Positions 26,675-40,330 of a DNA stretch of 64,000 nt are shown here, piece by piece. Position numbers and translations under genes: made by a program. The DNA is from the human T2T-CHM13v2.0 reference genome, Homo sapiens. Under the pieces are notes generated by a model, which ran no database searches, had not been told where the DNA came from, and saw only the letters and a list, made by a program, of their open reading frames with translations. Each line of letters begins with the position of its first letter. Position 1 is the stretch's first letter. The DNA lies in the NCBI RefSeq assembly GCF_009914755.1, contig NC_060926.1; one strand, given 5' to 3'.

Positions 26675-28098
26675 TAGTGATGTTGTCACAAATGCCTAAA
26701 AATCTGGAAGTGGCTTTGAGATTGGGTAATGGGGAGAGGCTAAAAGAATTTTGAGAAACATGGTAGATAAAAATTAGTTTGCCTTGAACAGACTATTCAT
26801 TGAAATATGAATGTCAATGATTCTGCTCATTAGAGTTCAGAAGAAAGTGAAGAGTACAGCAAAGAAAATATATATTATGTTAGAGATATTTAAGTTGTCA
26901 TTAACTACTGGTAAAAATATGGATATTAAACCTGCTGCTGTTGTGTGCTCACAAGAATACAAGAAGCATATTTGTGGGAACTGGAGGAAAGGGGATTTAT
27001 CTAAAAAGTGTAACTTGTAATAGTTAGCTTCGCTATGTAGCCGAGGGGATTTCCCAGCAAACTGTTGAAGATGTGGTTTGGTTTCTTCTTGCCCTTATAG
27101 TAAAAAGCAAGTGGCAAGAAATAAATTGAGGGAAGATCTGGTAAGCAAAATGAAATCAGAAACTGATAATTTAAGAAATTATCAGGCTATTCATTTTGCA
27201 AAAGATGCTAAAATTAACAGATTCACTGTCAAAAAAGCACACTCTAGAGAGAAAGGGTATGCCTGGATGAATTTATCAGTGCATTGGAAGGATACAAATA
27301 TCAAAGTGTTCAGTCACACAGAGGACTCCTTGAAGAGATTAGGCACTTAACTCATAGATCCCTTTAGCCCTATCAGGAAAAGCCACGAATCGAGCTGGAA
27401 ATATCCAGGAGAAATCTATGGAAGAATTTTTTGTCTAATTGAGCAAATCCCTGTGCCATGCATGGAAGATCTACTGCTATTTAAAGATTTACTTCCAGCA
27501 GAAACACTGTTGAGCTTGGAACTAAAGGGTCAGTGTGAGGATGAAACCAAAGAAGGCTACCAGACCTCTAAAATTCTACAGTTAGTAAACAGACATGAAA
27601 CTGCTCAGCTATCAACAGGTGCTGCCCTTCATAGGGGGAAAAAAGACCACTCAGAAACTGAAATTTTGAGCCACAGAGGATTATTCCTAGGGTTATTCCC
27701 AGGCCTTAAAACCTAATGGAATTTGCCCTTCTGTATTTCAAAATTATTTTTGAAGCAGTGACAAGATTTTTACTTCCACTTTGACCCTTTTGAAATGTCT
27801 ATAAGTGGTATCTTAAGTCTGTCCACTATGGTATTTTGAGAAAAGATAATTTGTCTACTTTCCCAGGTTCACACTGAAATAAATTTTGCCCCAATGTTGA
27901 TGATGCCCAGAATATAGCCCATACCTGATTCTGACAATTTAGACAATGAAATTCTGGATGTTAGAGTGGATGATACTTAGATAAGATTTTGGACTTTGAA
28001 TAGATGCTCAGTGGGTTGAGACCTTGAGGATGTTGCAATGGGGAGAATATATTTTGCAAGTCAGATGGCTAGAAACCTTTGGAGGACAGAGGGTATAA
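26675..28098 (+). mobile_element. MaLR internal sequence (MLT1-int)
   Basis: 'cctaaaaatctggaagtggctttgagattgggtaatgggg...' runs into a purine tract immediately before an MLT1 LTR. Confidence 0.75.
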
Positions 28099-29208
28099 TG
28101 TAACAGGTAGAATAATGGCCACTCAAATATATCCATGTCCTAATTCCTAGACCCTATGAATATGTTACCCTACATGATAAAGGGTCTTTGCAGATTTAAT
28201 CAAGTTGAGGGTTTTTAGATGAGAAGATCATCCTGAATTTTCTAGGCAGGTCGAATGTAATCACAAGAGTCTTTATAATAGGAAGGCAAGAATGTCAAAG
28301 GTAGTAGAAGGTGATGTGACAATGGAAACAGGATATGAAAAAGCGGTGTGATGCGGGGCCACGAGCCAAGAAATAGACAGCCTCCAGAAACTGGAAGAGG
28401 CAAGAAAAAGGATTTTCCCCTAGAGCTTCTGTTATAGTGGGTAACTAGTCAAACATGAGCAGGGCAGAAGAGGGCCCTCCACCACCTCCAGGAATGTCAG
28501 GCAACCATCAGGCGATGGTCAGGAAGTTGTTAAGCTGTCTCTCTAAAAATAATAATTGGTTGCAGCTAGCACTGCAGAAGTGCACTCTCCTGGTAGATAG
28601 AAAAACCTGAAACTGGTGATCAGCTTTTGAATAAGATGAGTTAGGTAAGTGGGCTCAAGCATGCACTGCGCACTAAGAGGCAAAATGGCAGAGTTTAACT
28701 GGCATATGACCTTCCTCTAGGAACACTGAACTGGTAAGGGAAAAATGCCTGGTTTTATGCCAAGGTATAAAACCCCAAGTTCAAGGTCAAAGAGTGCATT
28801 TGAATCTCAAATCACACGCTTGGTTCTCTTCCAAGTGTACTTTGCCTCCTTTGGTTCCTGCTCTAATATTTTTTAATAAGCTTTCACTCCTGCTCTAATA
28901 CTTGCCTTGGTCTCTCCCTCTGCCTTATGCCCCTAGGTCAAATTCTTTCTTCTGAGGTGGCAAAAATTGGGGTTCCTTTAGATCGTATCGATTTGCTACT
29001 GGTAACATATTTTGATGCCACCTGACTGGGATATTTTCCCTATGCTAACACCTCCAAAAAAAAAAGGAAGAAGCTTACAGAAACCTTGACTTTAGCTCAG
29101 TGAGATCGATTTTGGACTTCCGACCCCAGAACTGTAAAATAATAAATTTATATTGTTTTAAGCCACTAAATTTGTGATGATTTGTTACAGAACTAATGGG
29201 AAATAATG
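28099..29208 (+). mobile_element. MaLR 3' LTR (MLT1C/D-like), split by MER50
   Basis: 'tgtaacaggtagaataatggcc...tatgaatatgttaccctacatg' and 'ttggacttccgaccccagaactgtaa...ttgttttaagccactaaatttg'. Confidence 0.8.
28430..29050 (+). mobile_element. ERV1 solo LTR (MER50-like)
   Basis: Starts 'tgttatagtgggtaactagtcaaacatgagcagggcagaagagggccc' and ends 'gctaaca'; 4-bp TSD-like cttc/cctc. Confidence 0.8.
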
Positions 29209-29359
29209 GTGTGTTACCTTGATTGGTTTTGGGTTGTTACACCAACCTTGTATTTCTGTAGTAAATCTCCCTTGATGATCATGTATAATCCTTTCTAAAT
29301 ATTGCTAAATTCAGTTTAGTAGTATTTTGTTGAGGTCTTCTGCCCTTATATTCATGAGG

Positions 29360-29362
<3 letters not shown>

Positions 29363-29401
<39 letters not shown>

Positions 29402-29665
29402 AAATATATATAATATATATAAAATATATATATAATATATAGAAAATATATATTATATATAAATATATTATATATTATATATATAATATATATTATATAT
29501 TATATATATAAATATATATATAAAATATATTATATATTATATATATAAATATATATATAATATATTATATATTATATATATAAATATATATATAATATAT
29601 TATATATTATATATATAAATATATATATAATATATTATATATTATATATATAAATATATATATAT
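29363..29665. repeat. (GT)n followed by an AT-only low-complexity tract containing a 35-bp minisatellite
   Basis: 'taaat' recurs at 29546, 29581, 29616 and 29651 with identical intervening sequence. Confidence 0.9.
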
Positions 29666-30155
29666 TATTTATTGCGGCATTATTCACAATAGCAAAGACT
29701 TGGAACCAACCCAAATGTCCAACAATGATAGACTGGATTAAGAAAATGTGGCACATATACACCATGGAATACTATGCAGCCATAAAAAACGATGAGTTCA
29801 TGTCCTTTGTAGGGACATGGATGAAATTGGAAATCATCATTCTCAGTAAACTATCGCAAGAACAAAAAACCAAACACCGCATATTCTCACTCATAGGTGG
29901 GAATTGAACAATGAGATCACATGGACACAGGAAGGGGAATATCACACTCTGGGGACTGTGGTGGGGTGGGGGGAGGGGGGAGGGATAGCATTGGGAGATA
30001 TACCTAATGCTAGATGATGAGTTAGTGGGTGCAGCACACCAGCATGGCACATGTATACATATGTAACTAACCTGCACAATGTGCACATGTACCCTAAAAC
30101 TTAAAGTATAATAAAAAAAAGAAAACAAAAAAAAGAAAACATAACAAACAAAAAA
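29666..30155 (+). mobile_element. L1PA2-type young L1, 5'-truncated (~490 bp)
   Basis: Near-consensus ORF2 end (MIDWIKKMWHIYTMEYYAAIKNDEFMSFVGTWMKLEIIILSKLSQEQKTKHRIFSLIGGN*), G-tract 3'UTR, 'GAG' rather than the L1HS ACA/ACG diagnostic, and a poly(A) tail. Confidence 0.9.
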
Positions 30156-30355
30156 TATATATAATATATATATAATTTATATAATATATATTATATATAT
30201 AATTTATATAATATATATTATATATATAATATATATATAATTTATATAATATATATTATATATATAATATATAATATATATAATATATAATATATAATAT
30301 ATAATATATAATATATGTATATAAAATATACATTATATATAATATATATAATATT
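30156..30355. repeat. AT-only low-complexity tract
   Basis: Directly visible TATAA/TATA repeats. Confidence 0.9.
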
Positions 30356-32197
30356 TGGGATGTAGTATTGTTTTTGTACTGCTTTTGTTACCAAGATAAT
30401 ACTAATCTCATAGATAAGTTGGAAATTCTCTTCTCATATTTTTTCAAAGTGTTGTGAAATGTGTTATTAATTATTCTTTAAATATTTGATAGCATTTACC
30501 AATAAAGCCATATAGACTTGGTTCTTCTTTGTTGGACATATTTATTATTATTATTATTACTAATTCAACCACAGCTTTTATAGGATTATTTACATATGTA
30601 TGTCTTCTTGAGTCCATTTCAGTAGATTTTGTCTTTCTAGGAATTTGCCCATCCCATCTGAGTTACCCAATTTCTTGGCATAAGTTGTTGGATATTTCCT
30701 TATTACTCACTTTATATCTGTCAAGTCCCTCTTTCACTCCTGACTTTTGTAATTTGAATCTTCTATCTTTTTTTCCTTGGCCAGCCCAGCCAAGCTTGAC
30801 AATTGTGTTGATCTTTCCAAAGAATAATCTTTTTGTTTCATTGACTTTCTCTATTATTTTTTCTATTCTCTTATTAATTTCTTTTCCTGTAATAATAATT
30901 CCTGTAATTATTATTATTTTTCTCCTTCTTGCTTTGGGTTTAGTTTGCTCTTCTTTCTTCAGATTCTTAAAGTGGAAGTTCAGGTTATTGAATTGAGATT
31001 TTTTTAAAAAAATATGGTCACTTACGGTGATTAACATCCCTCTTAACATTGCTTTAGCAGGATCCCATGTGTTTTGAGATATTGTGTTTCATTTCCATTT
31101 TTTTCAAAGTATTTTCTAATTTCCTTTGAATTCTCCTTTGCCACATTAATTATTTAGAAAAGTGTTATTAAATTTCTACATGTTAGTGAATTTCTCAAAT
31201 TTTCTGCTATTGTTGATTTCTAATAATTTAATTCCATTTTGGTTAAAGAATATACTTTGTATTTCCATTTTCTAAAATTTATTGAAGCTTATTATATGGC
31301 CTAACATAAGATCTATCCTGAAGAATGTTTAATATGAGCTTGAGAAAAATATGTATTCTTCTCTTGAGTAGAGTATTCTATAAATGCCTATCATGTCTGA
31401 TTGGCTTATAGTATAGTGTTGTTCAAATCTTTTATTTTCTTGTTAATTTTCTCCCTTATTATTCTATTCATTACTGAAAATCAGGTATTGAAGATCATAA
31501 TTATTATTGTTAAATTGTCTATCTCTCCTTCTAATTCTGTCAGATTTTGCTTCATATGTTCTGGGACTCTGTTGATAGGTGATACATATTTATAATTCTT
31601 ATATCTTCCTGATGTCTTAACCCTCTTATCATGACAAAATGTCCTTTTTTTCCTCTAGTAACAATTTTGTTTCAAAGTCTATTTTGTCTGATTTTAGGAC
31701 AGCCATGTTAGTTTTCTTTTGGTTGACATTTCCATGTAAACCTATACATTTTTTCCTTTCAACTTCTTTGTATATTTGAATCTTAAGACTGCATCTTGTA
31801 GACAACATATCCATTCTGCCTATTTTTATCTTTTGACTGAGATGTTTAACCCACTTACATTTAATGTAATTGCTGATAAGGTAGAATTTATGTCTGCCCT
31901 TTTGTTATTTATTTTCTTTATGTCTTGTGATTGTTTTTCTCTAACTTCTTGATTCCTTGATTCCTGACTTTTTTTGTTAAGTATATATTATCTAGCTTAC
32001 CTTTTTTATTTTTTTGATGTTTTACTATAAGTTATTTTTGTAGTAGTTGTTCTGGAGATGACAATTAGCACCTTAAGTTAAAACAATCTACTTGGTGAAT
32101 GCTAATTTCAGTAGTATACAAAAAATTATTCTAAACCATCCCTATTCCCTCTCCTTCTTTAGTACAAATGATATCTGTATACATTGCATGCCGTTAA

Positions 32198-32512
<315 letters not shown>

Positions 32513-34231
32513 GACACTTTTATGTTTATAGTTATTCAGTTGTCTTTTCAAACACGTTAGAGAAAAAAAGAATTACAAACACAATTACATTTATACTGTT
32601 TGTTATAATACCTATGCTGCTACCATATAAAGTATTATTTTAACATTTTCCTTTAATTCTACATACATCATTTTCTACAATTCTTTGAATACATTTTAAT
32701 ATTTATACATATAATTCGCTTCTCTAAAGTCCTCTACTAAGTTCAAAATCTGGCCCCACTCAGGGGCATTTTATGTTGGCTACTAAAACAAAAAAAAAAA
32801 ACCTGTGCATGATGAACATGCTTTCCTTTCTCTTCTCTTGTATTTTTTGTTACAAAGTTGTTTTTGTAACAGTTGTATCAAAAACAACTGGTATCAGATT
32901 GCTCCACCTCCCACCGAGCCACCCTCTGAATGATTCAAACAGCTATTTGAGAATGGAAATTTTGTCTGAAAGTTCAGACAAAATATTGACTTTGCACTGG
33001 GGATGATGTTTTTAATGGGTCTCCAAGAGTGGTCTGATCTTTTCATTGTCTGCAATGCTTCTAGCTTTTGCATACTACACAACAAAATAGGGGAGGGAGG
33101 GAGGGAGAGAAGATGAGAATGTTCCTAAATTAAAACATTGCAGCTCTTACTGTCTTTAAAAAGAGTTCAGTAGTTTTTCTTGGATACATGATTTTCAGTT
33201 TATTCTGTGGCTTTGGTTAATTGCTAAAGTTCTGAAATGACTGGTTTTAGTTGTTTTGCTTGTATTTTGTTTGCATCTTTGTTTTAGAGGGAAAGTGAGT
33301 TAAATCAGTGTCTTCACTCTGCCATTCTGTATGTTGATCCTCCCTGGTTAACACCTACTTTAAAACGTATATATCTCCAAGCATGTTATCAGTCCTGTGC
33401 AATGTCTGTAAACTACAGAACACAATTAAATTTGATGTTCACATTTTCAGAAAACCTGTGTTCATTTTGAAAAGAGAAAGAAAATTTAAACAGGTAAGTA
33501 GTATAGTTAACAAGGAAGAAGCAAAGATACATGGGTAGAATTTCCTCTCTTTTATTGGTATTCAGTTAAACTTCATAAAAAAGAAATGAAATAGGTCTTA
33601 AAAGGGATATTACATACTGATCCCAAATAAGATTTATCAGATGGAGGAGCCAGCAGCCACTTCTGTATCTTAACTTACTTTTCAATTTTATAATTCATAA
33701 AACACTCACCAAGGCGTGACACAAGTTTGGAGTTCAAGCACAGTGCACTTTACTTTGCAAGATCCATTAAAAGCAATAATTTGTAATATCCTCAATAGGA
33801 AACTGTGCATTTTTAAAGAAATACTTCAAAGAGAGAAGCAGGACCCCTTAATCTAATTTTATGTAAAAAGTAATCTCATTTTCATCTGTGGCCACTTCTC
33901 TCTTATGATTAGGTTGAAGTTAGAGGACTGTGAATGAAATGAGCAGCACCCCTTCATGTCAGTAGCTCTTTTCGGCAAATATGGAATAACAGTCTGGCTT
34001 TGCCCTGGGGAGGCATCAGTAGCTCTCACAGTCTCTACAGGAATGAAGTAGACTTTGATTTTGAACTCATCTGCTCAGTGCCATCTTTCTCTGTCTGTTT
34101 CTTCTTCTTAGTCACTTAAAGTTCCGAGCATGAGCAAAGCTACTAGACAAGATTCACATATTTCTCAACATTACCCTACCAACATTCTTCCAGCCTTGAA
34201 AAGTAGAATGCTAATTTTTAAAGGCAGTGCC

Positions 34232-34465
34232 AGAGTGATGGTTTTGGAAATGTACTAATCCAGGTGGCAAAACCTGGTTCCTGTCCCAGCGCTGCTTCAT
34301 ACCAGGTCTGGGAACTTGGGCTGTATTCTCCCTAAATCTCACCTTCCTCATTTATAAACTAGAGTCTACTTGTTTCTCTCACCTTTTTATTAGATTATCA
34401 GATAAAGATAATGTATATGTAACAGCACTGTGAAATACAACACTCAATAAAAATGCGAGATGTTG
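34232..34465 (+). mobile_element. MIR/MIR3 SINE
   Basis: 'aacctggttcctgtcccagcgctgc...ccttcctcatttataaa...gataatgtatatgtaacagcactgtgaa'. Confidence 0.6.
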
Positions 34466-35499
34466 TGACTGCTGATAGATTTTAGCATAATTCCACTAGG
34501 CAAATCTTAAGCAAAAAAAAACCTCAATCTTTGCATTAATATTGAATATGCTCTACAGCTCTTGTTCCAGACAATAAGACTTCCTATTAGCAATGGCCAG
34601 TCTTTACCCTCCTTCATTGTCATTTTTTGCCTCATTTATTTGCTGTTAGTTTAAGCCATTGAAACAAAATTACACTGAAATCCTCAACAGTTTTGTAGAA
34701 ATTCAAAAATAAGATCAATATATGCTTCAGAAAGTCAGGTTGGCTTATAGGAGAACTACAGAGTCATGAAATTTGACTGGATCCCATCTCTTCACAGTCT
34801 CTTATGGGAAAAGAGATACATAAAACATTAACTTTTGGCATGAGGTGATTTCATCCACAATTATTTTAAGAAAAATAAAAAGATTATTCTAGCGCTCTAG
34901 TTTATAAATCAATGAAAAGTAGACAAAGAGCTGACTGTTATCATGCATAAATCAATGAAAAGTAGACAAAGAACTAGCCAAAAACAAACAGTTGAAAGAA
35001 AAATGCGTCCTCTACATATCATTTGTTCCTGTGATTGCCCTGTTTGCCCAAGACATGAGGAAATACCAGCAGCGTGTTTCTTTTAAGTCATATCCAGTCT
35101 GAGGAAAGATACCTAAATCATAAAGTTTGCATGTCTTGGATTGCTCTTTAATTCCTCAAATATACATTGATCTTCTATAACATTCCATATGCTCTTCAAG
35201 ATGGTGGTGATGTAATGTTGAGCAGGACAGACAAGACCTAGAGTAGTGCCACTGTCAGAAATAAAGGGATGGGCTTCAAGTGCCATGTCTACTTTTCAAC
35301 TTTTTCTTCTATTGTTCCCAAACATAAAATCATCTATGCTACATATGCTTAACTCTAATGTTTCAGAAGGGTAGGGACATTTGAAATAAACATGCAAAAT
35401 TCTCAATATACTACAGATATCATTCTGATCTTCCTCTTCCAAGGTTTCTTGCTTCTCTAATCTCCCCAACCCATCCCATCCCAGGTCTGGAAGCACAAA

Positions 35500-35780
35500 T
35501 ATCTCATGTCCCCCATGTTTCTTTATTTTTTAATTATATATCTCTCACAATCCTTTTATCTTGGTCGTTTACATTTGGTTAAAATCATGTGTGTATATGT
35601 TATCCCTCCTGGTTTTTTGTAATCTCCTAGAGGGCAGGATGCATCCCTAATTCAATTCTTGCCTTGTCTTATATATACTTGATGCATTATATACCTGCAT
35701 AATTCTTCCTCTTATGACACTTGAAATATTGCCTGGAACATAATAGGTGCCCAATAAATATTAAATTCAATGAATGATTT
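35500..35780 (+). mobile_element. L2 3' end
   Basis: 'tgtaatctcctagagggcagg...tgcctggaacataataggtgcccaataaata...aatgaatga'. Confidence 0.7.
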
Positions 35781-36729
35781 CATGATATCACGCTAAATTA
35801 CAGAACAATGCATATATAAATTTATGATGTGATTTTTAGTGTCCTTGGCAATTTTGATGCCCAAAATAATAAGTTTAGACTTCTAAAATATCTATTTTTC
35901 TTCCAGACAAAACACAAAAGAGAAAATTGTTAGGCACTTTTTGAGCTCCACATGTAAAGAAAATATGAAAAAGCATCTCAGAAGCCAATATAACTGAATT
36001 GATAAGGTATTTGAAAAATCAGTGCCTGTACCAGGAAATAGTTCCATTTGTAAACTTAAAATCTATGGACAAGATCTGAGGTCCTAATATTCTTATGTAC
36101 ATACTAGTGTCAGGTCAAGTAGAGGAAACTAGAAAGTTAAATAAGAATATGCTTGAGGCCAAAGACAATTGTGAACACAAACCAACAGAATGAAGTGTTC
36201 TTTCTCATTGATACTTTCAGAGTGAATGACAGTTTCTCAGTCACTACACCCTCGGAACTAGATTTCACTTTATCAGTTCTGGCTGTTTTAAAATAACTGG
36301 GAATTTCCACGAAATGAAGTCATTGTGTTCTTGCTGCATATTTTGAGCTTCATAAAACTGGTATGCTGGAGGCAAATCACAATTTCTAATGGGGCTATTC
36401 CTACTCAAATTTGTCTTCTTCTACATCATTAAATTAGAAATTATCTGTATTTATCATGATTCCTTCATGGCATCTCTTAAGAAATTTGTTTTGTTGTTTC
36501 ATTTTTGGCCTCACAGATATCATCTTAGTATCTATTTTTTAAGTTCAAATGTCTACTCTATGTGGCTATCACAACCCAAAATGACCAACATTAACTCCCA
36601 CTGAGTTCCAGATTATCTACTTAGAACCTAAATTAGCTTAAGTTCTTTGTGGATAGTGGAATTCAGAGCCCCAGCAAAACGAGAAGTGTTTTCTATCCAA
36701 GGAAGTAGGTGGCAACAGTAACAGGAGAT

Positions 36730-37860
36730 GAGTTACATATAGGGAGCTTGGTCAAATAAGTATTTAAAGAAAATGAGAGGCAGGTCTTTCACAGTTGGAG
36801 AAGGGACTTGCACATATGAAAAGGGAGAAAATTTGAATGAGTCCTGTAATGTTGCATTGGAGTTGAAGTTAGTGACATCCCAGTAGTGATGAACATATCT
36901 AGCACCCAGATTTTGGCTTCTAAATACCAATCTCTACTGAAAAGAAATTGAATATCTTTGGAGAAATGGCTGATTCTAAGGCTGGGGTAGGCAAGTATAA
37001 GATGATCTTGCTGTCCCAGAAAGTAATAAAGAGCTCAAAGACAGTAACGTATTATAACCCATTAAGTCAAATAGGAAACCATGGATTTATTTTGGAGCAA
37101 TCTCACTTTTACATTAAAAATTGTGAGTAAAATATAATGAATGTTTACTTATGTCACAGATATAACTAAGTGAATGAAGAACTAAAGTTTGATGGGAAAT
37201 AAGATGGTTATATAGTTTTAAGACCCTCCCCACAAAATACTTCCTAATTACAAAAAGAAAAAAAAAATAGTAACTTTACAATGGAAAGGCTTGGAAAATG
37301 CTACATTAATCAAATGTTTAAAGTGAACATCATCAGCAATAACCCAAATTAAAGTTGTGTACTTACTGAACAGATGTAATGCAATGTCACTTCTATGCTA
37401 TTCCTGCAAAAGATGTATAAAATGAACTTACTCATGAGGGAGACATCGGACACACACAATTTGAGGGACATTCTAAAAATTAATTGTTCTGTACTCTTCA
37501 AAAGTGTCAAGATCTAGAAAGTCAAGGAAAATAAGAAGATTCCAGAATAAAGAATAAAAGACATGACAACTAAACACAACATATAATTCTAAAATGAATA
37601 TTTCTGCTAAAAAGTCACATTACTGGAACACTTACAGAAACCTGAATGAGGTCTGAGTATTAGAGGGTAGCAATGAATCAATGTTAATCACCTGATTTTG
37701 ATAGTTGGAAGTTGGCCATGTAGGAGCATATACTTATTTGTAGAAAACACACACTGGTGAGTTCAGAGGTGTGAGACAGTTGCATTGGATAACTTCTTTG
37801 TATTGTACTTGCAACTATTCTGTAACTATAAGACTGCTCAAAAACAACACAAAACAAAAC
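36730..37860 (+). mobile_element. L1MC (L1MC4/5-like) 3' region
   Basis: 'atctagcacccagattttggcttctaaatacca...tggagaaatggctgattctaaggctgg...ttctttgtattgtacttgcaact'. Confidence 0.75.
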
Positions 37861-39318
37861 CCAATGCAAACTAAATGCACATATCTTTGAGCAATCTCAT
37901 TTCTGGAAATCTATGTAGATACTTAAGCGAACGTGTCAGGGTATTTGTGACATTGTTTATTATGTGGAAGAATTGGAGATAGCATAATGTTCAACAATAG
38001 GAGTGTTAAATGATGTAGGTTTGTGCCATACAATATCAGAGAGCTGTCAGAAAAATATTGATCTGTATGTGTAGGCACAGAAAATGTTCAGGACATACTG
38101 CTGAGTGAGACAAATGGAAGATTTAAATCAAAATATAACATATTATCTGACTTTCATATAAAAACAACTCTAAAACAGCCAATACTAAATGTATCCTGTT
38201 CAAGGGCTCATAAGCAAATTAGGCTGCAAGTTATATAAGGTATATATCCATATATGCTTTAGTAATCCTGGATCACTCTTATTTTATTTATATCTCAACT
38301 TATTCCAGAGATAAATTTAAATGGAAGGTTACTTAGCAAAAGTAATCTCAGGATTTGACTGACCATTTATTCAAATTTGCAAATCAAATCATCTTTTCAC
38401 ATTAGCATAATCAGCAAATACTACCTTATCTTCCATAAAAGAACAAAAGTATTATCCTCTTTTCTATAACTTGAACATTTTGTTAGGAGGAAAAACATCT
38501 ACCTCATTGCATTCTGACAGTTACATAACATTAGGGAAAGGATAAATTCTCCAACCTTGAGTGTCCATTTTTCTTTCTTTTTCTTCATTTTGTCTTTACA
38601 CAATATATAAAATATACTCCCAGAAAAAAATTACTGTTGGCATCTCTGTTTTTGCTCAGAAGCAAAGTCTGGACACAGCTAAGCTGTTCTAATTCCTAAG
38701 CTCAGTACTTTAGCTAAAAATCTATAACATTTTCTGAAATCAAAGATGGTCTTAGAATTTTACACAGAGATATTTGCTAAATCCTTTCAAGTTCAGAAGA
38801 TAATCCCCAAACTCGACTGTCCTAAACTCACATCTTAAGCCAATTTCAGATGGAGCATCATACCAGCTACTCCCCCACAGAGGACACATTCTCATGATGC
38901 TTGGAAAAGTACTGAGCTGCACTGACGATTTTCATGAAGGTTTCCAAGTTGTCCTGGCTTCCTTTAGTGAGACATGCTTCCATCAAGTCACTGGGATGCT
39001 ATGACTCAAACCCATGGACATCCTTATCAAGACAGATGGACTCTCTTACCCTCTGTAACTTACTTTTGTTCTCATGATTTAGAGCTCCATCCTTAGCAAT
39101 GAGCACTGACAGAATGCTAAGTGCTTTGAGTGTATAATCTAATCACAAGACCAATCCCATAAGGGGAATAGTACCATTCACCTTTCAGTGATGAGCAGCC
39201 AGACGCTCAAAGGCAGTGTGCAACTCAACAAATATTTGCTCCCATTACCTCCATATTTTTTAATCTTTTATTCCATTTTGTCATCTTAGCACCATCATCC
39301 CTCCATTCATTCATTCCT

Positions 39319-39319
<1 letters not shown>

Positions 39320-39356
<37 letters not shown>
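39320..39356. repeat. (TG)n microsatellite
   Basis: Directly visible. Confidence 0.95.
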
Positions 39357-39358
<2 letters not shown>

Positions 39359-39449
39359 CAAAATATGTCCTTGTTCTAGTCATGGTAATGCAACAGTGAT
39401 TAGCAGTGAAAGTGGAATGTATGTGTTAATGTACATTCTAGCTTATTAT

Positions 39450-39685
39450 TCATTTTATTATTTGTATAAATGTGGGGTACAAGTATAGTTTTGTTACATG
39501 GACATACTGTGTTGTGGCAAAATCTGGGCTTTTAGTGTAACCATCACCTAAATAATATACATTGTACCCATTAAGTAATTTCTCATTCCTCACCCCCCCC
39601 ACCACCCTCCCAAAGTTCATGTCTATTATTCCATTATTCCACAGTCTGTGCCCATGTGTTCACGTCATTTAGCTCCCTCTTATAC
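39450..39685 (-). mobile_element. L1PB4/L1MA1-like 3' fragment
   Basis: 'ggggtacaagtatagttttgttacatggacatactg...catttagctccctcttata'. Confidence 0.75.
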
Positions 39686-40194
39686 TGGCTTACTATTCTT
39701 TAGCCTCTTCCTAATATTTTAACTGAAACATTTCTGAAAAAGCCTCACAACACTGCTATCTTCAGAAAAGATTATGTATTGAATTACATTTGTTTATTTA
39801 AATACCTGTTACCTCCACTGATCTGTAATTATCCATAAAGGCAGAGATAGTGAGGATGTCATTCGTTACTAAATTCCTGGTCTCTGGCTTATTTTGTGCA
39901 AATTCCATTATTTATTTATTACATTTTTAATGAATGATTATCAGCCTCACTCCAATGAGAGAGCTTATAACCGTAGGATTGATTTTTCTCTTTGCCAATC
40001 ACAAAGGCTATAGTTAAATTATTTTTTGATTTTACCTTATCTGTCTCCTTAAGAACCAAGCATGCTAGAAAGCAGAGTTTGATGCAGTACCTGAGGGAAG
40101 AGAAAAGACTCACACTCAAGGTCACCATTTCTGTGAAGAATTCAATTAGACTCTCACGTGCGAGAGACTTCTTAAAAGTGTACTAGGCCAGCAA

Positions 40195-40330
40195 TGAGTA
40201 TAAAGTTTCAGTAATGCGAGACAAATAAGTTCTAGAAATATGCTGTACAACATCGTGCTAAAGTTAAAAATACTGTACATTTAAAAATGTACAAGGGCAT
40301 ATCTCCTGCTATCTATTCTTACCACAATTA
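40195..40330 (+). mobile_element. L1MA/MB 3'UTR fragment
   Basis: 'gtataaagtttcagtaatgcgagacaaataagttctagaaatatgctgtacaacat...ttcttaccacaa'. Confidence 0.7.

Noticed and set aside
26811-27716. Run of + strand ORFs
   Set aside because: These are fragments of the decayed MaLR internal ORF, broken by stops and frameshifts.
30529-31049. 155-aa hydrophobic + ORF and 128-aa - ORF
   Set aside because: Both lie in a decayed L1 ORF2, and the hydrophobic one is just its T-rich antisense.
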